Positions 10,600-23,211 of a DNA stretch of 64,000 bases are shown here, piece after piece (within the stretch, counting starts at the first letter, position 1; each line of letters starts with the position of its first letter). The translations under genes and the position numbers were made by a program. The notes under the pieces were generated by a model that was not told where the DNA came from, made no database searches, and saw only the letters and a program-made list of their open reading frames with translations. Origin of the DNA: Harriotta raleighana (taxonomy: Eukaryota). The DNA lies in the NCBI GenBank assembly GCA_050575255.1, contig JBNZDD010013707.1, positions 3,854,596-3,918,595 of the forward strand. Reading direction: 5' to 3'.

Positions 10600-13090
10600 C
10601 CTCCGGCTGTCACGTATAAAATTGTTGTGACACAGAGGTTGAAGCTAAAGATGGTAAAATGTTTTCTTCTCCTACTGCAATCCATTTTAAGGACAGACAC
10701 ATTTTTTTTGTAGCAAAGGTCACTTTTAGGAGCATGCAATTTATGTACTCATGCCACTGACCTCAGCTGAGTTCTGGCTTTGTGATTGGCAGGAAACCAA
10801 AGGGCAAAGACCGAAGGTCAGAAAACGTGAGTACACAGAACTACACTTTTCCTGAAGTAGGCTCGCCCTTCCCCCCACCCCCCAACTCCCTGCTGCGTAA
10901 AATCACCCTTACAAAACAAATCATACTACAAAGTTAGCTCCAATCTAGGTGTCTGAATAAATGTAATTGCAAGGCAATTGAATGTTTAATTGTTTTATTT
11001 GCTTGGGGGTGGGGGCAGCTTTCCAGTGATTTTAGTGTGAGGAAAATTGGCCATCCTGATCTTTTGTGACAGACACCAAGTTGATTTGTTAACGTAACCA
11101 TTGTTAGAAAATTCACACCAGGCAAACAAAGGCTTGGAAACGGAAAGGCTGAGGAAGGGATTTCTTCTGGGTGTTCTGAGCTGGGTGAATATTTCAGTGA
11201 AACCAGAGAATGCCAATGTTGTACTTACAATCATCTACACGAAACCTCTTCCTACGCTTGTCTGTCTATTATTCCATTCAAGCACAGTTGCAGCAAGAGA
11301 AACAAGTCTGTTTTGTATTGTTTTTCGCCCATACCAATCCCCGCACTGACTCAGTGATTAAGACTGGGTGGTAAGCAATTAAGCCCAGTTGATCACCGTC
11401 ATAAAACATTGCACTGGAGTGTTGTATTTGCTATAGAGGCACCAACTGTACAGTAATTGTGGCACAAATCGGTTTAATTCCAGCACTGTTGTGTTATATG
11501 GTTCTACAAATGAGGTTGTGCAGGCTTGACTGGCTTGCTCTCTGTCTGTCTGATTTTCAATGGAGTCTTGACTCTCTGTCCCTGCTTTGCGCCCATTACC
11601 TCAGAGGTTCCTCTCTTTGACAGATGAAAAAGGAGAAATAGCATTTTCCCTTGTCGTGAAATAAAGTCCTTAATGTCATAATGCCTCCAGTCACATTTCA
11701 CCGTTGATTTTCCTGTCAGTGTGGTGAATGTAGCCGGCCCTCATTCCCACACAGCTGTTTCCCTTTGTCCTTCTCAGCCCTCTTTCCTCCCTTCCATTGC
11801 TTAACATTAATAAAGCTTTTCCTTGTTTTTCATCAACTCGATTTACACTTCATCCCCGGTTGAGGAAAAGAAAAAAGAAGGGAATTCCATAAATTTCATT
11901 ACCCATGATAAGAGTAATGAGCAAGCAATGAATTATGAAGTAGATGCAGAATAATGATAACATTTTAATGAGATAGGGCCTGACAAAAAAAATGGAAGCT
12001 TTGCTCGTTTGATTGGCTTGGCATCACTCCCAAAAATTTCCTGTGCGCTGCTCTTTCACAGGGGAACTGTCAAGCCTTGAAACATAAAAGCTAATGATAC
12101 TCTGATGTGATTTGTAAATTTATATCTATATATTGTAAATATATGTGTGTGGTGTGCACAAGGCTGTGCATTGATATTTCATGCGTTTTCAGATATCTTA
12201 ATAATTCAACAACCTGGGTTAAAAACAAAACATCTTTTCATGCTGGGTAGATGCCAGTAATGTGCCAACGAATTATGTAGGTTCGTTTTTCACTTCCCTC
12301 AATCCAGTTCTGCCGGGTGACTGCAAACAACACCATCATTTGACTGAGAAAATGAGGCAAACGTTCCCGAGCCAGGTATTTGTCTAGCTCTTTCAGGCTA
12401 GGGTTCCTTCTGGTCAATGTTTTCACAGCAGGTCGTTGTGAAAACTGAAGCTGTCAAGTGTGAAAGATTATGTCCTGTGTCTACAATAGGGGTGCTTTAG
12501 CCCTTGCTGCTAATAAAAGAGACTTCTAATTGCCCCCAAAACAGCCTGAAACAAAGCTAATTTTACACTACACAAGATAACACTCTGTGGGCGCTAATTA
12601 AAGGCTTGGAAAGCTTTTATTTTCAATGTAATAAAGCTGGGAACGAAATATCTGAATGCAGCTCGGGAGATGAGAAAATTTGCCAACTCCTTTGGGAGTG
12701 AGGTTCCTCATAATACACAAAGCCAATTCAGTCTCAAGTCATCTTGAGTGAAAGAGACCTTGAAGCCAGCATGGCAAAGTCTGACTACCCGTGTGAATGT
12801 CAGATCAAACCAGATCCGCAAGGTGATTATTCTCCCTGGCTTGTTCTCCGATGACAAAGCTGCTTAAAAAAAATCCAAACCACAAACAAGGTTTTGAGCA
12901 AATGTCACGCAAGTATTCAATCAGCCCCTGCCCTGCTCTGAATTTGTTTTCTGCGCAGCTGTCCTCACATTACAAAGAGTAAGTGAAGTACAATCTGCAA
13001 CACCACAAGTGAGCAAGCACACAAAAATGAGTTTGCCTCATCGTGTGGAAAAGAACACTTGCTTTGTGTGCCTTGTGAAGGTTTCAAATA
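10600..13090. promoter_or_regulatory. TE-free island, candidate cluster of conserved non-coding elements
   Basis: ~2.5 kb with no recognisable repeat; CCATAAAT, TAATGA, TGACAG/CTGTCA, ACAAAG, GCTAATTA motifs. Confidence 0.5.
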
Positions 13091-13096
13091 GCACAT

Positions 13097-13375
13097 CTGC
13101 TGATGGCTCAGTTGCTAAAACTGCTATTTAGTGCCATACTGAGCCGTACAAACCCAGAGGATATCAGTATTTGATATCCAATCTGTGTTGCAATGGGCAT
13201 ATCTTACCAGTAACAGCAACAGGGAAGACATAAGGAACATCAATATACCTGGACTATGGAGAGGAAAGACTTGGTATCTCTATTCAACGAGAGCTGCTTT
13301 GTGGATGTTGAGAGAACTGGCTTGATTTACATTGATTCTTTCCCCTCCCCCATTGCACATATCCTGCCAACAGCA
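13097..13375 (+). mobile_element. ancient AmnSINE2-like SINE (highly diverged)
   Basis: ATGGCTCAGTTG...ACTGAGCCGTACAAACCCAG...TCTGTGTTG...GTGGATGTTG...CCTGCCAACA. Confidence 0.5.
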
Positions 13376-13399
13376 ACTTATGTAGTTATGTAGCAACTT

Positions 13400-13590
13400 A
13401 ATAATAATTAATACAGTGTTTGCATTTGATATAGGGCCATATCACACTGTTGAGATATCTCAGAGCACTCCACTGAATACACTGTAAAGTATAGTGATGT
13501 GTATTTCATGGGCAATTGTGTACAGCAGTGTCCCACAAACAATCATGAATTGAGTGACCAATTTTTTTTGCGAGTAGGATGGTTGTCTTG
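13400..13590 (-). mobile_element. old DeuSINE 3' part
   Basis: TTGCATTTGATATAG tail, ACAGCAGTGTCCCACAAACAATCATG body. Confidence 0.75.
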
Positions 13591-13619
13591 AAACGCTTCA
13601 CGAAAATAAATAAAGATCA

Positions 13620-13732
13620 CTTTCACCCATAAAGATACAGTCAATTAATTTTACAGTATATTCTGTGAAACACTTTGAGATGTTGATAAGATGTGAAAAG
13701 CGCTATATCAAATGCAAGGATTATTATTATTA
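13620..13732 (+). mobile_element. SINE 3' tail fragment
   Basis: TACAGTATATTCTGTGAA...AAAAGCGCTATATCAAATGCAAGGATTATT. Confidence 0.9.
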
Positions 13733-14699
13733 GAAAAGAAAGGAATTGAATTTACGGATGTTGTGCGAAGATATAATCAAAAAGATGTTTTTAAGAATGT
13801 TGTCAAGGTGGAGAGGGCCACTTATACTGGGTGACAAAAAGTCGTGATATCCAACGTATTATCTAAAGAAAATCATAATTCATTTCTTTAAGACTTATTA
13901 GACATTGTAATGGTATTACAAGGTTTTGGTCATACCGTAGAACAAATGGTAACAAAAATTTTCTCTTGGTATAATTTTTCTTTTCACATTATTATGAGGA
14001 TCTTGTCTCAGCGTTTTCAGCTCAGGTTATTTATATGTAACGTTTGGTCCTTGGCACTGGCAGTCCTATGTTCCCGATCTGAATCTTTAGGGATTCAATT
14101 TGCATGTCTGACACCATCACCAAAGCTGGGCTCTCCCTTCTAACATAATTGAATTTGAAAATTTAAACAATCGTAAATTCATTGGTAATATGGCCCGACG
14201 ACTTGACCTGAATCCTAATTTGTGGCAGCCCCACAAAGCTAAATTCCTTGGGCTCTTTCTTTATAGGCTGAAAGCCCTCAGCAGACAGATTGTTTGTTCA
14301 TCAGGATGTGGCACTAATCCAGAGGGATTCTGGTAGCTTTGTCATGTGAAAATGACAGCTCACATTTTCTATTGGCTGTTTCCAGCCCTACTAACATCCA
14401 TCCTTGTCATGAGGGCACCTGCTTGTGTATTGTAATACTTGAAATGCACTTAAATTGACTGTTGCTACTGAAATGGGGGTTACTTAGCCAGTGCCTGATA
14501 TTGGATCTACCTCCCCGAGAAATATATTTCCTCTATAGAAGTGCATGCTTAATGATGAGTCTACGTGCCCATGTGTGGTAGTGTGTGGTGGGCAGCTGAA
14601 TAAATATTCCAGGAAATTAGAAATGGGTTGTTTTTGTGCCTTTTGATGCATGAAGCAAGTCAGGCACACATCACTTCTGGCTGTAATTCAAAAAGTGTT

Positions 14700-15800
14700 G
14701 CACTCTCAACATCAAACAAACTGAGCACAGTGCTATTTAAACAGGATGAAGTTTTCCGATAATGAATGGGTCAGGGAGGGAGAAAATCCAAAATATCTGC
14801 AGACAAATATGGCAATGCTATGGGTGTGGAGCTGGGGAAGTGGGAGGGGAGAACGCACAAAAAAAGTACTAAGCAAGCACTCTGTGCTAAGGTCACTCTG
14901 GTCTGAAGCTGTCAGTGCGCTTATCATTGTTCGAAAAAAGCGTTACCTTCTTAAATTGAACATCGACTGCTTTTAGTAGGCGTTTTCGGAAAACTCTTTT
15001 TAAATGGTAAGGATCCAGTTGCAGCAACACAATGCACTGGTTTGCCCAATTCATTGTTGTGCACACAAAGCAGAAACGGCTATGCTGTTTTGCTTAAAAG
15101 TGACTAAAAAGCTTTAATCATTTGTGGGAAGCTTCTGAGAAAAAGAAGCACATTTTTTTCCCCCGAGATTTTCATCTGTACTGCATGCTTGAGAAGAGTG
15201 TGATCATGAGATTAAAAAAAATACTGCTAGGCCGCTGAATGTTTAAGTTTTACAAATGATTTGTTTCAGTTCTGCGTCTAATTACAATCTAGTGTTGAAA
15301 GGATGAAAGCTGACAAGGGACATATAGTCGAGGCAAAGCAAGAAATATTAACTATTGATCGCATTGATTGGGGAGGTTAAATAGCACAGTGCTTCGGTTC
15401 AGCTTCTACCATCTCTCAAAGCTGAGTAACAGCTTTTAAATGCTCGGAATTTCTCAGCTGACATCTGAAACTACATATGGTTTGACTGTGTGGTGAGCAT
15501 TAAAATGCACCAATTGCAACAAAGGCTGAATTCAAAGGGCTCCAGGACTGTGCTGTGAAAGAATGCTTCCTTCCCACATCCATTTATGTTGGAGGAGGTG
15601 GGGATGGGAGGGGAGAGAGAAAATTCAGTTTGGCTGCCAAATTATTGAAGTCAACAATCTATGAGCAATGTTTTCCTGTTAAAGCAAAACAAAGGATAAG
15701 TCAATGAGCACAACACACCTATTTGTGGCTGGTTAGCAGGCCAGCGGAAGAATATATGGGAATACCATCGCTGATGCTGCAGGGTTTTTTTTTGTTCTGA
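14700..15800. promoter_or_regulatory. TE-free segment, candidate conserved non-coding elements
   Basis: CATTGTT (Sox), CTAATTAC, ATTGATTGG, TTCAAAG motifs; no repeat recognised. Confidence 0.35.
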
Positions 15801-15899
15801 GCAATGTGTTTGTTCTGAGAAGTCTGAGAAATTTACTACCAGTGAACCCTATCGTGACAGCCTTCTGGTATTTTTTCCTGTGCCAAATTATATTGGAAG

Positions 15900-16310
15900 C
15901 GCCACATCACTCAACCCAATTCACCGCATTCCACCTTTTTCTTCTCAACTCACAGACATCATAAACTTCTCCTTATCCACTGGCACCGTTCCCACTTCTT
16001 TAAAAATGGCTGTCATCTCTTCTATCTTGAAAAATCCTTCCCTGGACAGAGCCCTGCTGTAAAATTACCAGATTATCTCCAACCTCCCTATCCTTTCCAA
16101 GATCTTGGAACAAGTTGTTGCTTCCCCGATTCATTCCTTCCTCTCCTGCCATTCCCTTCACAAATCCCTCCAATCGGGTTTCCGTGCCATCCACAGAATG
16201 AGAAAAATTTGGTGAAAGTAACAAATTACATTTTGCTTCTGGCTTCTCGTCCTCCTTGACCTATCTGCAGCCAGCGATATCACTGACCACTCTATCCTCT
16301 ACCACCTTCT
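15900..16310 (+). mobile_element. L2 RT-domain fragment
   Basis: IINFSLSTGTVPTSLKMAVISSILKNPSLD...ISNLPILSKILEQVV...QSGFR...LVLLDLSAA. Confidence 0.9.
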
Positions 16311-16314
16311 CTTA

Positions 16315-17105
16315 CCTCAATAGTTTTGTTAATAGTGAAGGGGAGACCAATGAGGTGGGCATTTGAATAAGCCAGCCAAGATGACAAAGGTGTAGACAAG
16401 AGTTTTGGCAGCTTATGGAGTGAGGTATTTTCAGAGGCAGGCAATGTGACGGAGGTGGAGGAAAGCAATCCTGGCCAAGGATTGGATATGGGGGAGGAAT
16501 GATAATTGGGATCAAATCCGACACTTAAGTTGCCCTCAGGTTCAGAGAGTTTTAAGTACAAATCAGATAGGCAGAAGATGTCGCCAAGAGTATGGCTTTC
16601 GTCTTGTTGACGTTTAAATAAAGATAGTTTGTGCTCATCTAGGTCTTGATGTCTGAAAGACAAGCTGACTGAACAGAGGAGGATTGGGGGCTACAGCTGG
16701 AGCATGAGAAGTAGAGTTGAGTGTAATCCGCGTACATGTGGAAGTTAACCCCCGCGAATGATGACAGCACCGGGAGCATATAGATGAGGAAAAACCATTT
16801 GCAGAAATGTTGTGCTGGGGCTTGCAAGGAAGGACTTACAAATGAATGTGAACCAAGTGAGTGCAGTCCCACTGAGGTGGATGATGGAGGAGAGGCAGTG
16901 GATGAAGATAGTGTGATTGACTGTGTTAAACACGGCAGAGAGATACAGGACGACAAGGAGGCAGAGTGAGCCCTTGTCATGGATAGAGAAGACATTGTTT
17001 GTGACTTTCACAAGCACTGTCTCTGTGCTGTGGGCTGAAAACTGGACTGGAGTGGTTATGAATAGGGTATGGAGGGAGAGGTGTGTGCACAGTTGGTTGG
17101 CAACA
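16315..17105 (-). mobile_element. L2 RT-domain fragment, opposite orientation
   Basis: HSTETVLVKVTN...LSAVFNTVNH...GTALTWF and HMYADYTQLY (degenerate YADD motif). Confidence 0.92.
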
Positions 17106-17149
17106 AATATACATTTAAAAATAACACATCCAGCACACCGTGCAAAATA

Positions 17150-17203
17150 TATACAATTTACACTTATATAGTGCCTTTCCTGTTGGAAGAATGACCCAAT
17201 GCT
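17150..17203 (-). mobile_element. isolated L2 tail (type A)
   Basis: ACAATTTACACTTATATAGTGCCTTTCCTGTTGGAAGAATGACCCAATGCTG. Confidence 0.65.
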
Positions 17204-18099
17204 GAAATATAATCCTAGGAATTGGGAATCGTTTACACATAGTCACCACAGAGTGTTAAGATGGTGCTTGAGAAACTACAGTACTCTGGCAGGAATAAGC
17301 TTTTCATGAGAGAAGAGTGAAAAAAGGGAAGAAAATTGAAGAGGAATCAAAATGCCTTGTAATCTCACAGAAACTGTCATGTTGTTTTTCAGGTCAATCT
17401 TTGCAATCAGTTATAATAAGCCTTTCTCCTGCATTACACTTCCTTTAAATGTCTAGTTATATTCCCACACAGAAAATTAGGAAAATTATATAATATGTGG
17501 CCGCCAGGTAAAAGGTTGCAAACCAATCCTGAGGCATGGATATGATTTACAAACCATTATCACCTTACGTTCACAGTCCATGATATAATGTCAGCGACTG
17601 GATTGAGTTGTAGCCTCAAACTGATCTTTTTGGGGGCATATTGTACAAAAGAGGTTTTCTGATTGCATTGCCATCAAATAATACATTATCTTAACAAAGC
17701 CGTGCTTTATCATTAGATGTGGTTATTTAAACACAGCAAATGGTTCACTTCAAAAAAGCTAGGAGATACTTTTGTGATTGCAGCAATAACTGTGATTGCT
17801 TTCCGTTTGCTGTTGATTGGATTTGGTGCTTACATTGAAAACAGTCAAAAATCCTGTAATAAATTCCCAGCTCTCTGGCTTCAAATGGATTGTGCACACT
17901 TCATATTTTGGATCTGAGCTAATCTAGAATAGTGCATCCCACCAAATTGTTGAAAAAATATTTCACGTATTTCTTGCTATGTTTTCCTCTCCTGACTTAT
18001 TGCCTACATTTAGTTCCAAAGGATGCCTTCCTGTACCTTGCCATTCTTCACAGGTGACCTGGACACTGAGCAACGATAGACCAGTCCGTATTCATCAAC

Positions 18100-18335
18100 T
18101 TACCAGGACAAGAAAGCACAGATTCAGAATTATGAAGGGCAAGTTTAGGGCAGATGCCAAGAAGTATTTTTCACATGGAAGGGAATTAACTGCTGAAACA
18201 GGTTACTGAGTACGTTGGTAGGGGCCAGGATGCTGGAGTCATTTAAGAAACAGCTGGATACTGTAATGGGAAGAAAGGTATTTTGCAAGGCTGACAACAC
18301 CAACTAAGGTGTAGGGACTTCTTCATCTGAACCTC
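18100..18335 (+). mobile_element. CR1 3' end
   Basis: TRKHRFRIMKGKFRADAKKYF...SFKKQLD. Confidence 0.8.
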
Positions 18336-18626
18336 TCTTTTGAATGTGTACCAGTGTACTCTGCTTATAATGCAAATATCAAACTGCACTATGTGTTATA
18401 ATTCTAACCTTCATAATTCATCAAAAGAAAAAATGAACAACATGCCCTGGAAAAATGTGTAGTATTTTATGTCGTATTTTATACTAGATAATGTTTTGAA
18501 ATATTCAAATTTAATCTATTGGAACCTTAATTTGCATAACATACATCAAATACACAGATGAATCTGTTAACGTGACCATTAGTGTTCAGTTTATTTGTCT
18601 CTGTGTCTTAGAGGGGGAGGGGAATT

Positions 18627-18693
18627 ACAACCACAATAACAAACTTGCATTTACATGGTGCCTTTTATGTCCGGAAGACATCCCAAGGCACTG
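18627..18693 (-). mobile_element. isolated L2 tail (type A)
   Basis: GTGCCTTTTATGTCCGGAAGACATCCCAAGGCACTG. Confidence 0.8.
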
Positions 18694-18695
18694 AT

Positions 18696-18862
18696 AACTT
18701 AAATCCACGACTGTTTGTGGGACACTGCTGTGCGCAATTGGCTGCCGCGTTCCGCCCACAAATATACAGTCAATTCACTTTACAGCATATTCTGTGAAGC
18801 GCTTTGGGACGTCGATAAGATGTGAAAAGCGCTATATCAAATGCAAGGATTCTTATTATTAT
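18696..18862 (+). mobile_element. young SINE 3' half
   Basis: intact CpGs, hairpin loop GATAA, near-identical to 9582-9798. Confidence 0.95.
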
Positions 18863-18864
18863 AA

Positions 18865-19016
18865 CTAAGCTAATTCTCACCTGATCCCGACATGTGCATA
18901 TTTTCTACCAGTGATCATAGTGATCACAAGCAGCAAGTTAATTTTCTCCGTCCCTAGCCCAAGTGCACCAAGGCCAATTGCAGTGCAACCACTTCTGCCC
19001 TGGTTGAGATCAGCTG
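18865..19016 (-). mobile_element. AmnSINE2-like middle fragment
   Basis: reverse: AGCTGATCTCAACCAGGGCAG...CAATTGGCCT...GGGCTAGGGACGGAGAAAAT...TGTCGGGATCAGG. Confidence 0.55.
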
Positions 19017-19181
19017 GGAATAAAGGATGACCTTCAGGATCATAATAACCTGCAAATACAACAACGGCTGGTAATAATATCTACTATGCATGTATTTAGG
19101 GTTTTCGGGACATAGGTTTGCTTGAAGCCACAAAAGAGCATTGAGGTCCTTAGATAAAAGCAACTTAATTTGCTTAATCAT

Positions 19182-19460
19182 AGAGTTCTGTAGTTCAGTG
19201 GTTAGAGCACTTGCCTCTCAAGCTAGAGGCTTGGGCTTGATTCCCGGTAGGTTTCCTTAGCCACACTCCTAATAATAATCCCTCAAGAAAAAACTTAAAT
19301 CCACAACTGTTTTGTGGGACACTGCTGTGTGCAATTGGCTGCCATGTTTGCCCACAAATATACAGTCAATTCACTTTACAGTATATTCTGTGAAGCGCTT
19401 TGAGAGGTTCAGAAGACATGAAAAGCTCTATATCAAATGCAAGGATTATTATTATTTATT
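19182..19460 (+). mobile_element. near full-length SINE (short form)
   Basis: tRNA-like head, internal deletion, type-B tail. Confidence 0.92.
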
Positions 19461-19519
19461 ATATTTATTTTTATAAAAGGACAATTTAAATTTAAAAAGC
19501 AATAAATAATCTTACACTA

Positions 19520-20690
19520 AATTATAGCTCATGCCCGTCAAATAAATTATTTGCCAACATTGTTTGTGAATTTGCTGGTACTGTACAATCTACCTCCGCC
19601 ACCTCACTGTGTTTCTATTGGCTGTATTTACCCCCCTCTCTCTGCTAAATAATTAAAATAATCATATTTTCATTTAAACTTGGAACTGAGATGTTTCATT
19701 GTGGAAGTTAAAAAAGAATATCGTTTGGGCTGAATGCCAGAGGCTTCCAGCCCAAGTGACAGACTATATATGGGTTCATGGAGAACCTCCAGATGTCTCC
19801 TTGTTTTGTTGCCTTTCCTGTTGACAGTAGGGAAATCACTCATCAGAGTGCATTTGCCACCCAGCTGTTCAGATTTGTCAGCCTTTTATACAAAGTTTAC
19901 TCAATTTTAGCCTTAAATACTGCGCTTGCAATTTCGTTCCTGTCACCAGCAATTCAAAAAGTATTAATAAAGTACAACAGAGAGAGCAGCCAGCTTGGAT
20001 AATGAATGGTTGCCGGGCTATTTCCTACGAAGAGAGCAGGTTTTAAATTCTACCGAGCCAAGCAGAAAGCAAGGTGAATAGGATTAAATTACAGGAAAGG
20101 ATTAATGAGCATTTGCTAAGATTGCATACAGTTGCCACGCTTCTTAGTCGCTATACCAACCATCCACTGTGTTTTTTCTCTGTCTTTTAGTGCTTCTAAA
20201 ACTAGAGCAGACCTGCTATCTGTGCATTTGAGCCTATGCAAACAAAAAAGGAAGCTGAGATCTTAATGCCTTGTGCTTAGTTCATTTATTTTGCATCTGC
20301 TCTAGTAAATTAATCATTCCCAGTAATTAATCATGCAGGGAGGAGCTCAGTGATTCCAGTGATATGCAGCTCATTACTAGTGTGTCATTTACTAGGCTTA
20401 TGCAACGCTTATGCACAGCTCCTGTCAGTTGCTAGGAACATTGCGATGTGCACACAGTCGACGAAAGTGTAAAGTGCAACACAAAATGTATGTTGATATA
20501 CAACAATATCTCAAAAAGATGAATAGCTGAGATATTTTGGGTTTCTGTCTTGATGATATAATGAGAAAAGCATTATTGTTGCCATTACCTGTAATATAGC
20601 TTATACAGCCGGGCCCATTTCACTCTTACAAGATAAATTCTCTCTCATTGACGTTTTATGGCTAGCTTTTGTCAGCATGTTCTCGTCATG
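19520..20690. promoter_or_regulatory. TE-free island, candidate conserved non-coding elements
   Basis: AATTAATCAT twice (20308, 20325), GGATTAA twice, TGACAG/CTGTCA sites. Confidence 0.5.
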
Positions 20691-20704
20691 TGACCTTTCA
20701 ACTT

Positions 20705-21300
20705 TGCTGGTATGTTTGCTTGTTCAAGGGACATTAAAGATCCGACTGCCCGTCTTAAAGAGAGAAGGGAATTTCCCTTGGTGTTTTGGTGAAAATTCTC
20801 TCAGTAAATTGGTTTTACTTGATACAGATGTGTAACTTTGCTACACCAATTTAACTGTCCGCATCTGATTAGAAATAATAAATAATAATTCTTACATTTG
20901 ATATAGCATGTTTCACGTCTTCCAGATGTCTCCAAATGCTTCACAGTATGTACTGTAAAGTGAATTGACAGTATATTTGTGGGCGAATAATAAATAATGA
21001 TAATTCTTGCATTTGATATCGGACCTAAAAACATTTTACAGGAAACAGTTTTCTGTAAAGTGTAGTGACTGTGTATTTGTGGGCAAATATGACAAGCCAA
21101 TTTGTACATAGTAAACATCCACAAACAGCCATGAAGTGAATGACAATTTTTGTCTGGAGGATTGTTGGCCAGGACACCACGGTAACCTTGCTTCTCTTTT
21201 TTGTCTGGTGCCATGGGATCTTTATGCTTGACAGCAATTTCCTATGAAATGCTTTGAGACATTACAGGAGTTATGTCAAAGGCGAGGATTATTATTATTC
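20705..21300. mobile_element. nested DeuSINE/SINE fragments, both strands
   Basis: Deu + at 20705-20800; SINE tail - at 20873-20987; DeuSINE - at 20990-21235; tail + at 21240-21300. Confidence 0.75.
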
Positions 21301-22175
21301 TAACATTGATGTGTTGCTCAAGGTTGGCATTTAGATTGTAATCACTCCGCTTTCAGAGGAGCAAAGAAAATCTGATCCAAACTAGTTGTCTTTTTTCTTG
21401 CATAGTGTTTATAATTGTTGCTGTCATTCAGGCAATTGCATTAGCTATGATCCTAGTTCATGTGACCGTGGCACGGAAAAAATCAATTCATGCAGTTCAG
21501 GCCCGAAATCTGCAATAAGAATCATACTGTCAGCACTCGATCAAACTGCACATTGACTTAGTCTGAAGAAAATTACTTTTGTTTGTATGCACAGTTCATT
21601 ACTTTTCAAATGTCCATAGAGGTTGGATCTACAGCACATGTAGCACCTATGCATATTAAAAATCCCTGGGGCACTCACAGTGTAAGCATAGATGGTAAGA
21701 TGTTAATTGTCTCAGACCAAATTTGCTCCTTTCCCTTGACAATGTGTGTTGAAGTGCACAGCAAAATACAGAGTCAACAGCTGTTTTGCAGGGCAGGCAG
21801 AATGGTCTGAGGCTAATTCCGAAACCAGAAGTTAATGCACGGCAAGCATACCTCATCCCACTGGAGATTATGTGAGTTTATGGAGTTGCTGCTGAGTACT
21901 CACTATCCTAGCAGCCGTCAAAAGCGCTTTGTGCAGTAGAAATTTCAAGCTTATTTACATTTGCCTGAATTGTTTCCACCACCACAGATATACGGTATGG
22001 TACAACAACAACTTGAATTTATATACTGTAGCACCCTCCATGTGGAGCAGCATTGTGGAACGCTATAGGATTACATTAAATTGATTGATAACAAACCTGG
22101 AATGGTTTATTGTGAACAAGTTTGTTTCTTCTGTAATCTGCATGAAAAAATGCCAATACATGACCCATATGGACC

Positions 22176-22305
22176 ATCAATCAATCATCAATCAAAATTT
22201 TATTTATATAGCGCCTTTCACGTCGGGAGGACGTCCCAAGGCGCTGTACAATCATGTAGGGGGGGGTGGCTCAGGGAAAGGAATAGGAAAAATTGACTGT
22301 GTTGT
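22176..22305 (-). mobile_element. SINE variant with type-A L2 tail and (TTGA)n end
   Basis: GCGCCTTTCACGTCGGGAGGACGTCCCAAGGCGCTGTACA...AGGAAAAATTGACTGTG; same structure as 49900-50063. Confidence 0.85.
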
Positions 22306-22620
22306 GGAGTCCTGTAGAGTATCAGTTAGAACACTTGCCTTGCAAGTGAGTGTACCTGGATACGATTCCTGGACGGGATGAAACATTAGACAAATTTCCT
22401 TTACTCCACTGGCCTCTGTTTACCTACCTGTATTGGTGGATCGTTTTTCTGGGGTAATAATCCATTATAAAAATTTTATCACTCAATCCTCAACTATTTA
22501 TGGGACACACGCCAACAAAATATTCAGTCAATTCACTTTACAGAATATTCTAAGAAATGCTTTGAGATGTCTTGGAAAACTTAATGAGGAACTGTATTAA
22601 AGGCAAAGATTACTATTGTT
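22306..22620 (+). mobile_element. older long-form SINE (extended CORE)
   Basis: GGAGTCCTGTAG head; extra GCCTCTGTTTACCTACCTGTA absent from short-form copies. Confidence 0.8.
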
Positions 22621-23211
22621 ATGTTTATATGGATCACCTCTACTAATGCAATAATCTTGTATAAATAATGTAATCCCTGAATTAAGAGGAGCTGTTAATC
22701 ACAAATTAACCTAAATGGGGAATTTGACAGCGGGGGGAATCAGAGTTCACACCTAAATCTGTTTCTCTTCTCACCTTTGACTGCACTTTTGGCCATCCCT
22801 CTCCCTTTCATCGCAAGATTTCACAAGATTTTACAGCAGAGTGTAGTGACTATGGATTTGTAGGTGAACTATGTGAAAAGCGCCATATACATACAAGCTG
22901 TACCAAATGAGCTTTTGGTGAAGCTCAACAGAACAGAGTATGGAATGACTATTTTTTTTCAACCCAAAGGAATTTCACTGCAACTTGTACATTTTGTTAG
23001 ATATTGGATTATAATGGCTCTGAGATGCCACCCTGTGTAGTGGGTACTGTGTAAGTGCATATAGTTGTTGCTGTGTCTAAATTGGATTTGTAAACAGCTA
23101 ATTGTGGATGTTGCTACTAACTCTCTGCAACTCAATTTGGTTGCCAATCTCATCTTTCACATCTGTGAGGCCGGTGTCCAGATGACGTTCCTGCAACAAA
23201 CACATCCAGGA

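Noticed and set aside
13825-13870. TA-CTGGGTGACAAAAAGTCG resembling a Tc1/mariner end
   Set aside because: No matching inverted end found in the window
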